Assembly: GCA_045536125.1 (NCBI GenBank)
Contig: JAZSMX010000161.1
Location: 1-47,410, forward strand
Direction: 5' to 3'
From: Eubacteriales bacterium
GTDB lineage: Bacteria > Bacillota > Clostridia > Oscillospirales > CAG-272
Length of the DNA: 47,410 nucleotides
Position 1 is the first letter of the stretch. Each line of letters begins with the position of its first letter. Positions 29,545-38,979 of the stretch are shown piece by piece. The position numbers were made by a program, and so were the translations under genes. Below the pieces are notes generated by a model. That model did no database searches, was not told where the DNA came from, and saw nothing but the letters and a program-made list of their open reading frames with translations.

Positions 29545-29610
29545 TATCGTAAGATTTTGAAAAAATATCATAATATCCCGATAGACAGAAGTAAGAAAAC
29601 GCTATATAAT
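29545..29610 (+). promoter_or_regulatory. Promoter with 21-bp-spaced AraC-type repeats
   Basis: tatcgtaagat (29545) and tatcataatat (29566) upstream of TAGACA-17-TATAAT. Confidence 0.55.
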
Positions 29611-29642
29611 AAAAGCGAATCAAACAGAAAAAGGAGAGCCCT

Positions 29643-30803
29643 ATGAAAATCACGGACATCAAAAGCTTTGTGGTTGACTGCTTCCGCACCAACTGGGTAT
29701 TTGTCAAGGTCTACACCGACGAAGGCATCACGGGCGTTGGGGAAGGCACACTGGAATACAAGGAAAAGGCATTGGTCGGAGCAATCGAGCATCTGCGCGA
29801 TACGCTGATCGGAAAAGATCCCTTGCAAATAGAAAAAATCTATCACGACGTTTACAGGGATGCCTACTGGCGCGGCGGTGCAGTGCTCATGAGCGCGCTT
29901 TCCGCGGTGGAAACGGCACTTTGGGACATTCTCGGAAAGCACCTCGGTGTCCCCGTATATCAATTGCTCGGCGGCAAGGTCAATGAGGATTGTCGCATCT
30001 ACGTCAACGGTTGGTTTGCAGGCGCGCGCGAGCCCGAGGAATTCGCAGAAAAGGCACGCATTGCCGTAGAACGCGGCATCACCGCAATGAAGTGGGATCC
30101 CTTCGGAAAGAGTTACTTGCAGATTTCCAATCAAGATCTGAACAAGGCACTTCGCTGTATCGCCGCTGTCAGAGAGGCAGTCGGTGACGAGGTTGATCTT
30201 CTCATTGAAGCCCACGGAAGATTCGACGTTCCCACAGGAATCAAAATCGCTCAGGAGGTATCGCCCTTCAAGCCGATGCTTTTGGAAGAGCCCGTTCCTC
30301 CGAACAATATCGAAGCACTGGCAGCCGTGCGTGAAAAATCCCCCGTCGCCATCTCGGCAGGCGAGCGCCTTTATACCCGTTTTGATTACAACGAGCTCTT
30401 CCGTCGCCGTGCCGCAGATTACATTCAACCCGACATTTCTCATGCGGGCGGTATCATGGAACTCAAAAAGCTTGCCGCCATTGCGGAAGCAAACTATATT
30501 CCCTTCGCTCCTCACAATCCTTCAGGGCCCATTGCCAATGCGGCAACTCTTCAGATCGCCGCATGCTGCCCTAACTTCTGCATTCTTGAGATCATGTATA
30601 GCGACGTGGAATACCGCCGCTTCGTAACGGATGAAAATCTGATCTATGAAAACGGAAGAATCAAAATCAGTGACCGTCCCGGACTTGGAATTGAATTGAA
30701 CGAGGAGGAGTGCCTCAAGCATCCTTACGTAGAGCACAATCTCCGCCACTACACGGGCGCACTCACCGATATCCGTCCTCAAAAAACAGCATTCTATTTT
30801 TAA
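29643..30803 (+). CDS. Galactonate dehydratase-like enzyme (mandelate racemase/enolase superfamily)
   Basis: WVFVKVYTDEGITGVGE, YWRGG, ALWDILGK...PVYQLLGG, EAHGR, EEP, GER, QPD, APHNPSGP; DgoD-like, substrate unproven. Confidence 0.85.
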   Translation: MKITDIKSFVVDCFRTNWVFVKVYTDEGITGVGEGTLEYKEKALVGAIEHLRDTLIGKDPLQIEKIYHDVYRDAYWRGGAVLMSALSAVETALWDILGKHLGVPVYQLLGGKVNEDCRIYVNGWFAGAREPEEFAEKARIAVERGITAMKWDPFGKSYLQISNQDLNKALRCIAAVREAVGDEVDLLIEAHGRFDVPTGIKIAQEVSPFKPMLLEEPVPPNNIEALAAVREKSPVAISAGERLYTRFDYNELFRRRAADYIQPDISHAGGIMELKKLAAIAEANYIPFAPHNPSGPIANAATLQIAACCPNFCILEIMYSDVEYRRFVTDENLIYENGRIKISDRPGLGIELNEEECLKHPYVEHNLRHYTGALTDIRPQKTAFYF

Positions 30804-30846
30804 AATGAACCTTCACTCAAAATTCAAAAAGCAAAGGAGCTTCCCC

Positions 30847-31632
30847 ATGATCAAAGCCACTCTGATTACAGGAGCCTGCATCAATACAGGCGTTGCCATC
30901 GTCGAAAAATTTGCAAGTGAAGGACACAACGTTATTTTTACGGGACGCAAAGCGGAAAGCGTACGCAAGGCAGAGACAGCCTACCGAAAGAAATTTTCCG
31001 ACGTCATGATCGAAGGATACGTGATCGACTCTCTTTATGACGAACGCACCGTCAATGAGGATGCCGTCACCGATCTTTTTGAAACGCTTGACAAAAAAGG
31101 AATCTTCATCGAAGCCTTGATCTGCAACGCTGCCGATCAAGGAATCGGTATGGAGGCATTCGAAAATCCCTTGACCGATTTCCAACGTGTTCTTAACACG
31201 AACATCGTTTGGAACTACTGTCTTTCCGAGCATGCCGCGCTCCGTATGAAGGAAGAGGGCAGCGGTTCCATCGTCTTTATCAACTCAAACACCGCCTACC
31301 GCGCAATTCCCAACCGAATTGCCTATTCCGCCTCCAAAGGGGGGCAGCTCGGTATGATGAGAGCCATGGCGTTGGATTTCGGAAAATATAACATCCGCAT
31401 CAACGCAGTTCTCCCGGGCATGATCCGCACCGACCGCTGGGATAAAAACCCCGAATTCTACAACAACGTCCCCTCCCGTTACACGCCGCTCGGTGACGTA
31501 GCCAACGGTAGTGACGTTGCCGATGCCGCATATTATTTTGCGGTACACGCGCGCAATACCACGGGCGCGGAGCTCACCGTGGACGGTGGAAACATGATTC
31601 AGCTCTATCCAATTGTTCCGAGTGAGCACTGA
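30847..31632 (+). CDS. Short-chain dehydrogenase/reductase
   Basis: ITGACINTG nucleotide loop, CNAA, INS, YSASK catalytic motif, INAVLPG, TGAELTVDGG. Confidence 0.88.
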   Translation: MIKATLITGACINTGVAIVEKFASEGHNVIFTGRKAESVRKAETAYRKKFSDVMIEGYVIDSLYDERTVNEDAVTDLFETLDKKGIFIEALICNAADQGIGMEAFENPLTDFQRVLNTNIVWNYCLSEHAALRMKEEGSGSIVFINSNTAYRAIPNRIAYSASKGGQLGMMRAMALDFGKYNIRINAVLPGMIRTDRWDKNPEFYNNVPSRYTPLGDVANGSDVADAAYYFAVHARNTTGAELTVDGGNMIQLYPIVPSEH

Positions 31633-31720
31633 AAGCAGCGACTGATCCATCGAAATCCAAGCCCCTTGTTTCCGTTTTACGGACAAAACAGTACGTAGCG
31701 TTCCATTTCATATACTTTTT

Positions 31721-31783
31721 GCCGTGTTCCCAACACCGATCATGCGTTTTGTATGACCGTGGTGTCGGGAACACGGCTTTTTT
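31721..31783 (+). terminator. Long intrinsic terminator
   Basis: gccgtgttcccaacacc ... ggtgtcgggaacacggc followed by TTTTTT. Confidence 0.75.
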
Positions 31784-31921
31784 CTAACCGATTCTTCTTT
31801 CGTGGTTCTCGTTTTTTTCGGCACGGTTAAAAAAAATTCAAAATTTCTTTCTTAATAGGACAACGGGTGACGGGTTTACATGATATTCTGTTTCCAAGAA
31901 CAACAGAAAGGAGAATTTACT

Positions 31922-32209
31922 GTGAAGGATACCCAAATCATTTTAGAACGCCATACGCAAAGAATTGAAGCGTTGGAAAAAGAGCTGTTGCAATTAAAAG
32001 CCATCCAACAGGAAATTCGCGGCATGAACGAAGTTCTCATCACCATCACAAATGAGTTAAAGCACACAAACGAGCGTTCCCGAAAAAACGAACAACGGCT
32101 CGGCCTTATGGAACGCAGACCTCATATCTACTTGCAACAAATCATCACAACCACCGTCTCTGCACTTGCAGCAAGCATCATTTCCTTTTTGATCGGAATT
32201 TCCATGTAA
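31922..32209 (+). CDS. Small coiled-coil plus C-terminal TM protein (XhlA/holin-associated-like)
   Basis: GTG start with an AAAGGAG RBS; HTQRIEALEK...RLGLMERRP followed by a hydrophobic C-terminus; 95 aa. Confidence 0.55.
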   Translation: MKDTQIILERHTQRIEALEKELLQLKAIQQEIRGMNEVLITITNELKHTNERSRKNEQRLGLMERRPHIYLQQIITTTVSALAASIISFLIGISM

Positions 32210-32342
32210 AAACGAACGCCTCTTTCGCAAGTCCCAAAGCCGGCAGGAAGGCTTTCGACACAAAACCGCCCCACGGAAAAGTCGATTTCATTCCAAAAAG
32301 CAACCTCAAGCAGTTTCAAAAGCACTCAAAACAGATAAAAAA

Positions 32343-33203
32343 TCACCGTGTCACGTTTTCTTGCAAACGATAATTTCGGGGTGAAATTCCAACGTATGCT
32401 TTAAAGGCACGGCTGAAAAAGTAGGGATCTCTGTAACCGCACAATGCGGCAATTTCCTTGACAGACATATCCGTATGCAGCAAAAGATCACACGCCGATG
32501 TAATGCGAAGACGCAAAATGTATTTTGTGGGAGACGTTCCCATCAGCTTTTTAAAGCAAGCATGATAACGCGGAATGCTCATATGCTCCATGGCGGCAAG
32601 CTCCGGGATGGAAATCTCTGTGGAATAAGAGGTCATGATATGGCGGATAGAGGTGGAAAGGTTGTTTTGCGATTCCTCGCTTCCCCCAAAAGCACGGCCG
32701 AGCGCAATCAAGAGGCACTCCAGAATCGCTGAGAGCTCCCGATCACGAAAGCGGTCTTGATTGGAAAATGCATCGTACAAAAGGCTGAAATGTTGAGAAA
32801 GCATGTGAGAGTTCTTCACGTTTCGAAGGGTGGGAAGTACTTCAATTCCGCACTCGGAAAGGCAAGATTGGACCTCTCTTCCCGTAAAATGCACCCAAGC
32901 GTAAGAAAGTGTCCCCTTTCCGTCAAAAGAATACTTGTAAGAATAATGAGGCGGAAACAGGAGGACAGATCCTTTTTTGGCAATGCAAAGAGCCCCGTCG
33001 ATGGGAACTGACAAGCACCCTTCCAAAACAAGCATCAAATAATAATCAAGGCGGCCTCCGCTGTTATGGGTTGTAAAAGGTCTCTGTGTGTTGAAGCAGC
33101 CCGCACAATTCACAACCAACGGTCTGACCGTTGATTCACAACTGCAATGATTATAGCCATCACTTGTAAGATCCTGATACGCACAAAAGCTGGTACTCTC
33201 CAT
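32343..33203 (-). CDS. AraC family transcriptional regulator
   Basis: LVVNCAG, GRLDYYL, WVHFTG, EIAALCGYRDPYFFSRAFK. Confidence 0.92.
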   Translation of the reverse strand: MESTSFCAYQDLTSDGYNHCSCESTVRPLVVNCAGCFNTQRPFTTHNSGGRLDYYLMLVLEGCLSVPIDGALCIAKKGSVLLFPPHYSYKYSFDGKGTLSYAWVHFTGREVQSCLSECGIEVLPTLRNVKNSHMLSQHFSLLYDAFSNQDRFRDRELSAILECLLIALGRAFGGSEESQNNLSTSIRHIMTSYSTEISIPELAAMEHMSIPRYHACFKKLMGTSPTKYILRLRITSACDLLLHTDMSVKEIAALCGYRDPYFFSRAFKAYVGISPRNYRLQENVTR

Positions 33204-33226
33204 TGCCTTCCCTTCCTTCAAATGAT

Positions 33227-33287
33227 AAAATAGTCCATCTTTTTTTAAAAATAGTCAATTGCTTTTTTCTTATATCTATTGTATCAT
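33227..33287 (+). promoter_or_regulatory. Promoter with 21-bp-spaced AraC-type repeats
   Basis: aaaatagtc at 33227 and 33248 abutting TTGCTT-17-TATCAT. Confidence 0.6.
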
Positions 33288-33342
33288 TTTTATAGGATCA
33301 AGTCAACCGTTCTTACAATAAAAAATACGGAGGATCAAAGAA

Positions 33343-34641
33343 ATGAGTACTCGCAAAAAAGTCATTCTGATCGGTGCAGGCGGTCGCGGTATGGGATATA
33401 CGAATATCATGGCAAATGAATTTCCAAACGATTTTGAGGTCGTTGCCGTTGCAGAGCCCATCGACGATCGAAGAAGCTACGTCCAGAAAAAGCACAATAT
33501 TCCGGATGAATATTGCTTTACGACATGGGAACCGCTTCTGTCACTTCCCAAAATGGCAGACGTTGCTCTCATCGCAACAATGGACCGAGATCATTTTGCA
33601 CCCGCGATGGCAGCCATTGAAAAGGGATATCATCTGCTTCTTGAAAAGCCCGCTGCTCCTACGCCCGAGCAATGCCGCGCCATCCAGAACGCAGCAGAGG
33701 AAAAGGGTGTATTCGTGCTGATCTGCCACGTTTTGCGCTACACCAATTTCTTCAAAGCAATCAAGGACATTATCGATTCCGGTGAGATCGGAAAGGTGAT
33801 GAACATCCAGCACATCGAAGGTGTTGGAAATATCCATCAAAGCCACAGCTTTGTCAGAGGTAACTGGGGCAACAGTGAGCGCAGCTCCGTGATGCTGCTT
33901 CAGAAGTGCTGCCACGACATGGACATTCTCGCGTGGTTGATCGGAAAGCCTTGTACCGCTGTTCAAAGCTTTGGAACATTGAGCTATTTCAAGGAAGAAA
34001 ACGCACCGAAGGACGCCCCTCTCCGCTGTATTGACGGATGTCCTCACGCAGATACCTGCCCTTACGATTCGGTCAAGCTCTACTTAAAGGACACCAATGA
34101 AACAGGACGCGGAAAATGGTTCCGCGGTGCTGCAACCAAGCTGACAGCTCCCACCGACGAAGAGGTAGAGCACGTATTGCGTACCACAGAGTACGGAAAA
34201 TGCATTTACCGTTGCGACAACGACGTGGTGGACCATCAAGTGGTCAACGCCCAGTTTGGAGAGGACGTTTACGTCAGCTTCACCATGAGTGCCTTCAATC
34301 TCGGAGGAAGGCGCCTCCGCATCATGGGTACCAAGGGTGAGATCGAAGCAAGAGCAGAAGGCAATCAGATCACCGTCTACAATCTTGAAACAGGTACTTC
34401 ACGCGATCACAACTGCAACAGTGCCCTCAGCGGAGATACCGTTGTCAGCGGTCACGGCGGCGGTGATCAAGGTATCATCGCAGCCTTGAATGACCTTCTT
34501 GACGGAATCACCGGCAAATCCGTTTGCAGTATTCGCGAATCCTGCGACAATCACATGATTGTTTTTGCAGCGGAAGAATCCAGACGTTCCGGCGGAATCC
34601 TTGTCAAGATGGACGAATTCATGAAGAAATACGGTATGTGA
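33343..34641 (+). CDS. Gfo/Idh/MocA family oxidoreductase
   Basis: IGAGGRG, LLEKP, CHVLRY, HSFVRGNW, KCCHDMD, DNDVVDHQ, GHGGGD. Confidence 0.92.
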   Translation: MSTRKKVILIGAGGRGMGYTNIMANEFPNDFEVVAVAEPIDDRRSYVQKKHNIPDEYCFTTWEPLLSLPKMADVALIATMDRDHFAPAMAAIEKGYHLLLEKPAAPTPEQCRAIQNAAEEKGVFVLICHVLRYTNFFKAIKDIIDSGEIGKVMNIQHIEGVGNIHQSHSFVRGNWGNSERSSVMLLQKCCHDMDILAWLIGKPCTAVQSFGTLSYFKEENAPKDAPLRCIDGCPHADTCPYDSVKLYLKDTNETGRGKWFRGAATKLTAPTDEEVEHVLRTTEYGKCIYRCDNDVVDHQVVNAQFGEDVYVSFTMSAFNLGGRRLRIMGTKGEIEARAEGNQITVYNLETGTSRDHNCNSALSGDTVVSGHGGGDQGIIAALNDLLDGITGKSVCSIRESCDNHMIVFAAEESRRSGGILVKMDEFMKKYGM

Positions 34642-34656
34642 CAAGGAGCAATTCAT

Positions 34657-35340
34657 ATGAATATCACTTATCTTGGACAAGCGGGCTTACTTTTTGAAGC
34701 AGACGGCAAAAAGATCGTCATCGATCCGTATCTCTCGGACAACGTCAGGAACTTCGAACCCGAAAATGCGCGTCGCCTTCCCATAGACGAACGGTTTCTC
34801 GAAATTGCTCCCGACATAATCCTGATCACGCACAATCACCTTGACCACCTGGATCATGAAACGCTCAAGCACTATCTCAAAAGGGATTCCCAAGCGTTCG
34901 TCTTCTGCCCTACGGGCGGATATCAGGAATTGCGAAAAACCTATCCCGATACCCGTTGCAACTATGTTCTTTTCAATGACGGTACAGAATGGACGGAGGG
35001 AGGTATCCGCATTCGTGCGGTCGCAGCGGAGCACTCCGATCCCAACGCAATCGGCATCATCCTTAGCTTTGAAGGAAAAAACTACTATATCACGGGAGAC
35101 ACGCTGTACAGTGAACGCGTTTTTGCATCACTTCCAAGCGAACCGATCTACGCAGTTTTCCTTCCGTGTAACGGACGCGGTAACAATATGAACATGACGG
35201 ATGCCTCGCGCTTTGCCGCGCGCATCGGTGCTCAATATGCCGTTCCCTTCCACATCGGTATGTTTGACAGCTTCACCGACGAAGCGTTCACGCATCCCGC
35301 AAAGATCACCCCGAAAATATACGAAAAAATCATCTTTTAA
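34657..35340 (+). CDS. MBL-fold metallo-hydrolase (UlaG-like lactonase family)
   Basis: YLGQAG, IDPYLSD, THNHLDHLD, AEH, TGDT, NMN, PFH. Confidence 0.88.
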   Translation: MNITYLGQAGLLFEADGKKIVIDPYLSDNVRNFEPENARRLPIDERFLEIAPDIILITHNHLDHLDHETLKHYLKRDSQAFVFCPTGGYQELRKTYPDTRCNYVLFNDGTEWTEGGIRIRAVAAEHSDPNAIGIILSFEGKNYYITGDTLYSERVFASLPSEPIYAVFLPCNGRGNNMNMTDASRFAARIGAQYAVPFHIGMFDSFTDEAFTHPAKITPKIYEKIIF

Positions 35341-35386
35341 AAAACGTGGGACAAGTCAAATCCGTTTGACTTGTCCCACGTTTTTT
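35339..35386. terminator. Bidirectional terminator
   Basis: Perfect 22-bp inverted repeat aaaaaacgtgggacaagtcaaa-tccg-tttgacttgtcccacgtttttt. Confidence 0.9.
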
Positions 35387-35400
35387 GAGAAGAACTCTTT

Positions 35401-36045
35401 TTAGGAAGCCTTTTTGCTCTTCAAGGTAAACTTTGATTCCGTTCCCTTGCACAAGCGGACAATATTTTGATGATGGCGTGCAATCACCAGTGCGGAAAGA
35501 ATGCATGCAGTCACGATCACAGCCCAATCACGGTTTCCGAGAATCAAAAGAACAATCGGGCTTGTAAACGCAAAGGTCATGGATGCCAAGGACATATACT
35601 TGATCGTCAACAGGATTACAACAAAGATTCCAAAACAGATCAAACCCATCCGCCAATCCACAAACCAGATTCCGGAAAGATAAGCAAGAACGGCTTTTCC
35701 CCCCTTGAACCTGTACCACACGGGGAAGCAATGTCCCAGCATACAGAAGAGCAAGGATAACACAGCACCGAACTGTCCCGCATTTCCAAAGAAAACGCCA
35801 AACAGAATCATGAAGGTTACGACGGGAATGATCGTCTTGAAAATATCGATCGCCATCGCCGCAAAGGTTGCAGGGCAAAAACCGTGCACGCGCTTGAAAT
35901 TGGTAAACCCGGGGTTGCCGCTTCCCTTCGTTCGGATATCCTCATGATAAACCAAGCGTGAGAGAATGATCGCACCGTTGATTCCACCGAGAAGATAGGA
36001 AGAAAGAGCTGCGATGATGGAAAGCACAATAAATTCAGTCGACAT
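35401..36045 (-). CDS. plsY: Acyl-phosphate:glycerol-3-phosphate acyltransferase
   Basis: SYLLG, DIRTKGSGNPGFTN, DIFK, GHCFPVWYRFKGGKAV, KYMSLASM, RHHQNIVRLCKGTE. Confidence 0.93.
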   Translation of the reverse strand: MSTEFIVLSIIAALSSYLLGGINGAIILSRLVYHEDIRTKGSGNPGFTNFKRVHGFCPATFAAMAIDIFKTIIPVVTFMILFGVFFGNAGQFGAVLSLLFCMLGHCFPVWYRFKGGKAVLAYLSGIWFVDWRMGLICFGIFVVILLTIKYMSLASMTFAFTSPIVLLILGNRDWAVIVTACILSALVIARHHQNIVRLCKGTESKFTLKSKKAS

Positions 36046-36063
36046 AGAAATCCCCTTTCTGTT

Positions 36064-38979
36064 TTAGGCGTCCAGCACAGCGAAAAGACTGCGAAGACGT
36101 ATTTTGACCGCTCCGAGATTCGTAATTTCGTCAATTTTGATTTGCGTATAAAGTTTTCCCGCACTTTCAATGATTGAACGGGTTTCATCGGTTGTGACGG
36201 CATCCACTCCGCAACCGAAGGAAACAAGCTGGACAAGATCGATGTCAAGATCCTTACATTCACTGACAAACCTGGCGGCACTGTAAAGACGGGAGTGATA
36301 CGTCCATTGATTCAGCACCGTTGTTTCGATCAAGCCGCCCCTGTGCGCCACAGAATCCTCTGTGACAACAACCGCTCCCATATCGGTAATCAAGCGGTGG
36401 ATTCCGTGATTGATTTCCGGATCGGTGTGATACGGTCTGCCCGCAAGCACAACCACACGTCTTCCCTCACGCTTGGCAATCTCAAGATACTCGTCGGCAA
36501 GATCCTTCAGCTTCTGCATATAGGAACGGTATTCCGCATAAGCGGCGGTTGCCGCCTTTTTGACAAGAGCGGCATCCAGCTCTATCCCGTACTCCTTCAT
36601 CATGCGAAGGAAATACTTCACAAAGAGCTTGGGATTGTGGAGTCCTACAAATCCGTTGATAAAAGCAATCTCCTTCGGGAAGCGCACGTTGTTTTTGATC
36701 AGCGCGGGATAATATGCCACCACAGGACAGTTGTAGTGATTGGCACCGAGAGATTCATCAAGATTATAGGTCATGCTGGGATAGAAGATCATATCCACCT
36801 TTTTCGTGAAAAGATCCTCCATATGCCCATGCAAAAGCTTTGCGGGATAACAAACCGTATCCGACGGAATGGTATGCTGTCCCTTGATATAAAGCTTGTG
36901 GTTGGATTCTCCGGAAACCACCACGTTATATCCCAAAGAGGAAAACAGCGTATGCCAGAAGGGCAACAGCTCGTACATATTCAATCCCATCGGGAGACCG
37001 ACGGTAGGCTTTCCTTCGACGCACTCGTTTTTACGGTATGCGGAAAGCAATGCGAGCTTTTCCTCATAAAGATCGTATCTTTTCAGCTCGCTCTTTTTCT
37101 CCAAAGGCTTTTCGCATCGGTTTCCCGCAATATAGCGTTCCCCGGTAGAAAAGGTATTGACTGTCAAACGGCAACGGTTGTTGCAGCCCTTGCAGGTAAA
37201 CGCTTTGACGTCATGAGAAAACTCCGCGAGTGCCTTGGCATCTACAATCCGGCTTTTCTCACCTTCCGCGGTACGTTCCTTCGCATAGAGGGCAGCACCG
37301 TAAGCCCCCATCAATCCCGCCACAGAGGGGCGCAGTACTTCTCTTCCCGTTTCCTGCTCAAATGCCCTTAACACCGCATCATTGAGGAAGGTACCGCCCT
37401 GCACAACGATCTTTTTACCAAGACTTGCGGGATTGGCACAGCGAATCACTTTATACAGTGCGTTTTTGACGACACTGATCGAAAGCCCCGCGGAAATATT
37501 CTCGATGGTAGCACCATCCTTTTGCGCTTGCTTTACCGAGCTGTTCATGAACACGGTGCAACGCGAGCCGAGATCAACGGGCGCATCCGCAAGCAATGCA
37601 AGCTGAGCAAAGTCCTTGACGGAATACCCGAGAACTCCGGCAAAGGTTTGCAGGAAGGATCCGCATCCGGACGAGCATGCCTCATTCAAAAAGATATTAT
37701 CGATGGCACCGTTCTTGATGCGGAAGCATTTGATGTCCTGACCGCCGATGTCCAGAATAAAATCCACGTCAGGGCAGAAATGCTTTGCCGCCGTATAGTG
37801 AGCAATCGTCTCCACGATGCCATGATCGATATGAAATGCACTTCGTATGATTTGTTCGCCGTATCCCGTTGCGGCAGCCCCCACGATGTTAATATCGGGA
37901 TACTCACGGTACAGTTCTTCCAGATAATTCTTAATGATCGGAACAGGATTTCCGCTATTCGGTGTATACAGCGTACGGAAAAGATTTCCATCCTCATCAC
38001 AAAGAAGTGTCTTGACGGTCGTTGAACCCGCATCAATTCCGAGATACATCCGAGATGCAGGCTTCGAAAGCGTGGTAATCCCATTGGAATCTTCCTCATG
38101 TCGCTTTACAAACGCATCAAGCTCCTCCTTGGAAGCAAACAAAGGAGGACAGCCGGGATATGCGTGAAGAGAGGTATAATTCTCTACGCGCGTTGCAAGA
38201 GACGAAGGATCAAATTCCTTAGAAGAAGCGGAATATGCCGCGCCCATCGCAACAAAATACAAGGAGTTTTCGGGACACACACCTTTTGCGTTCAACACGT
38301 CATCAAAGGCTGCGCGCAACGATGAGAAAAAGGTCAGAGGACCGCCCAAATACAGCACGTTCCCTTCGATCCGTCTTCCCTGCGCAAGCCCTCCTACCGT
38401 TTGATTGACGACTGCATAAAGGATGCTTCCCGCAATGTCCTCCTTGCGCGCGCCTTGGTTCAGAAGGGGCTGTACGTCGGATTTTGCAAACACACCGCAA
38501 CGGGATGCAATGGTATAGATCTTTTCGCGTTTCTTTGCCAACTCATCCATTTCATCGGAGGAAACGTTCATCAACTCCGCCATCTGATCGATAAACGCCC
38601 CCGTACCGCCGGCGCAGGTTCCGTTCATCCGAATTTCCATTCCATCGGTCAGAAACAGAATTTTGGCGTCCTCTCCGCCCAACTCAACGACAGCATCCGT
38701 TTCGGGGAAACGAGCCTTGACCGCCGTGCGCGTCGCATACACCTCTTGAACAAAAGGAAGCTCCATATCGGTAGCAAGTCCCATTCCGGCAGATCCGGAA
38801 ACAGAAAGAAGCATATGTTCTCCGGGATAAGCGGCGGCAACCAAGCGCAGCAGCTCTGCCATTTTCTCCGCAATTTTGGATTTGTGACGCTCATAGCTTT
38901 GATAGATCAGCGCTCCGTCCTCATCGAACAAAGCACATTTGATCGTCGTAGAACCGATGTCAATTCCAAGCCGCTTCAT
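36064..38979 (-). CDS. plsA: PlsA-like plasmalogen synthase subunit: two BadF/BcrAD ASKHA activase domains plus a DUF2229 reductase/dehydratase domain
   Basis: 971 aa; GIDIGSTT / ELGGED / MNGTCAGGTG / ASRCGVF, then GIDAGSTT / DIGGQD / LNEACSSGCG / GSRCTVF, then CKGCNNRC, GNRCE, SDTVCYPAK, SFGCGVD; architecture matches clostridial PlsA. Confidence 0.8.
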   Translation of the reverse strand: MKRLGIDIGSTTIKCALFDEDGALIYQSYERHKSKIAEKMAELLRLVAAAYPGEHMLLSVSGSAGMGLATDMELPFVQEVYATRTAVKARFPETDAVVELGGEDAKILFLTDGMEIRMNGTCAGGTGAFIDQMAELMNVSSDEMDELAKKREKIYTIASRCGVFAKSDVQPLLNQGARKEDIAGSILYAVVNQTVGGLAQGRRIEGNVLYLGGPLTFFSSLRAAFDDVLNAKGVCPENSLYFVAMGAAYSASSKEFDPSSLATRVENYTSLHAYPGCPPLFASKEELDAFVKRHEEDSNGITTLSKPASRMYLGIDAGSTTVKTLLCDEDGNLFRTLYTPNSGNPVPIIKNYLEELYREYPDINIVGAAATGYGEQIIRSAFHIDHGIVETIAHYTAAKHFCPDVDFILDIGGQDIKCFRIKNGAIDNIFLNEACSSGCGSFLQTFAGVLGYSVKDFAQLALLADAPVDLGSRCTVFMNSSVKQAQKDGATIENISAGLSISVVKNALYKVIRCANPASLGKKIVVQGGTFLNDAVLRAFEQETGREVLRPSVAGLMGAYGAALYAKERTAEGEKSRIVDAKALAEFSHDVKAFTCKGCNNRCRLTVNTFSTGERYIAGNRCEKPLEKKSELKRYDLYEEKLALLSAYRKNECVEGKPTVGLPMGLNMYELLPFWHTLFSSLGYNVVVSGESNHKLYIKGQHTIPSDTVCYPAKLLHGHMEDLFTKKVDMIFYPSMTYNLDESLGANHYNCPVVAYYPALIKNNVRFPKEIAFINGFVGLHNPKLFVKYFLRMMKEYGIELDAALVKKAATAAYAEYRSYMQKLKDLADEYLEIAKREGRRVVVLAGRPYHTDPEINHGIHRLITDMGAVVVTEDSVAHRGGLIETTVLNQWTYHSRLYSAARFVSECKDLDIDLVQLVSFGCGVDAVTTDETRSIIESAGKLYTQIKIDEITNLGAVKIRLRSLFAVLDA

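Noticed and set aside
32210-32342. Possible c-di-GMP riboswitch-like segment (gcaag...caaagcc)
   Set aside because: Lies between convergent 3' ends and lacks the GNRA/receptor architecture
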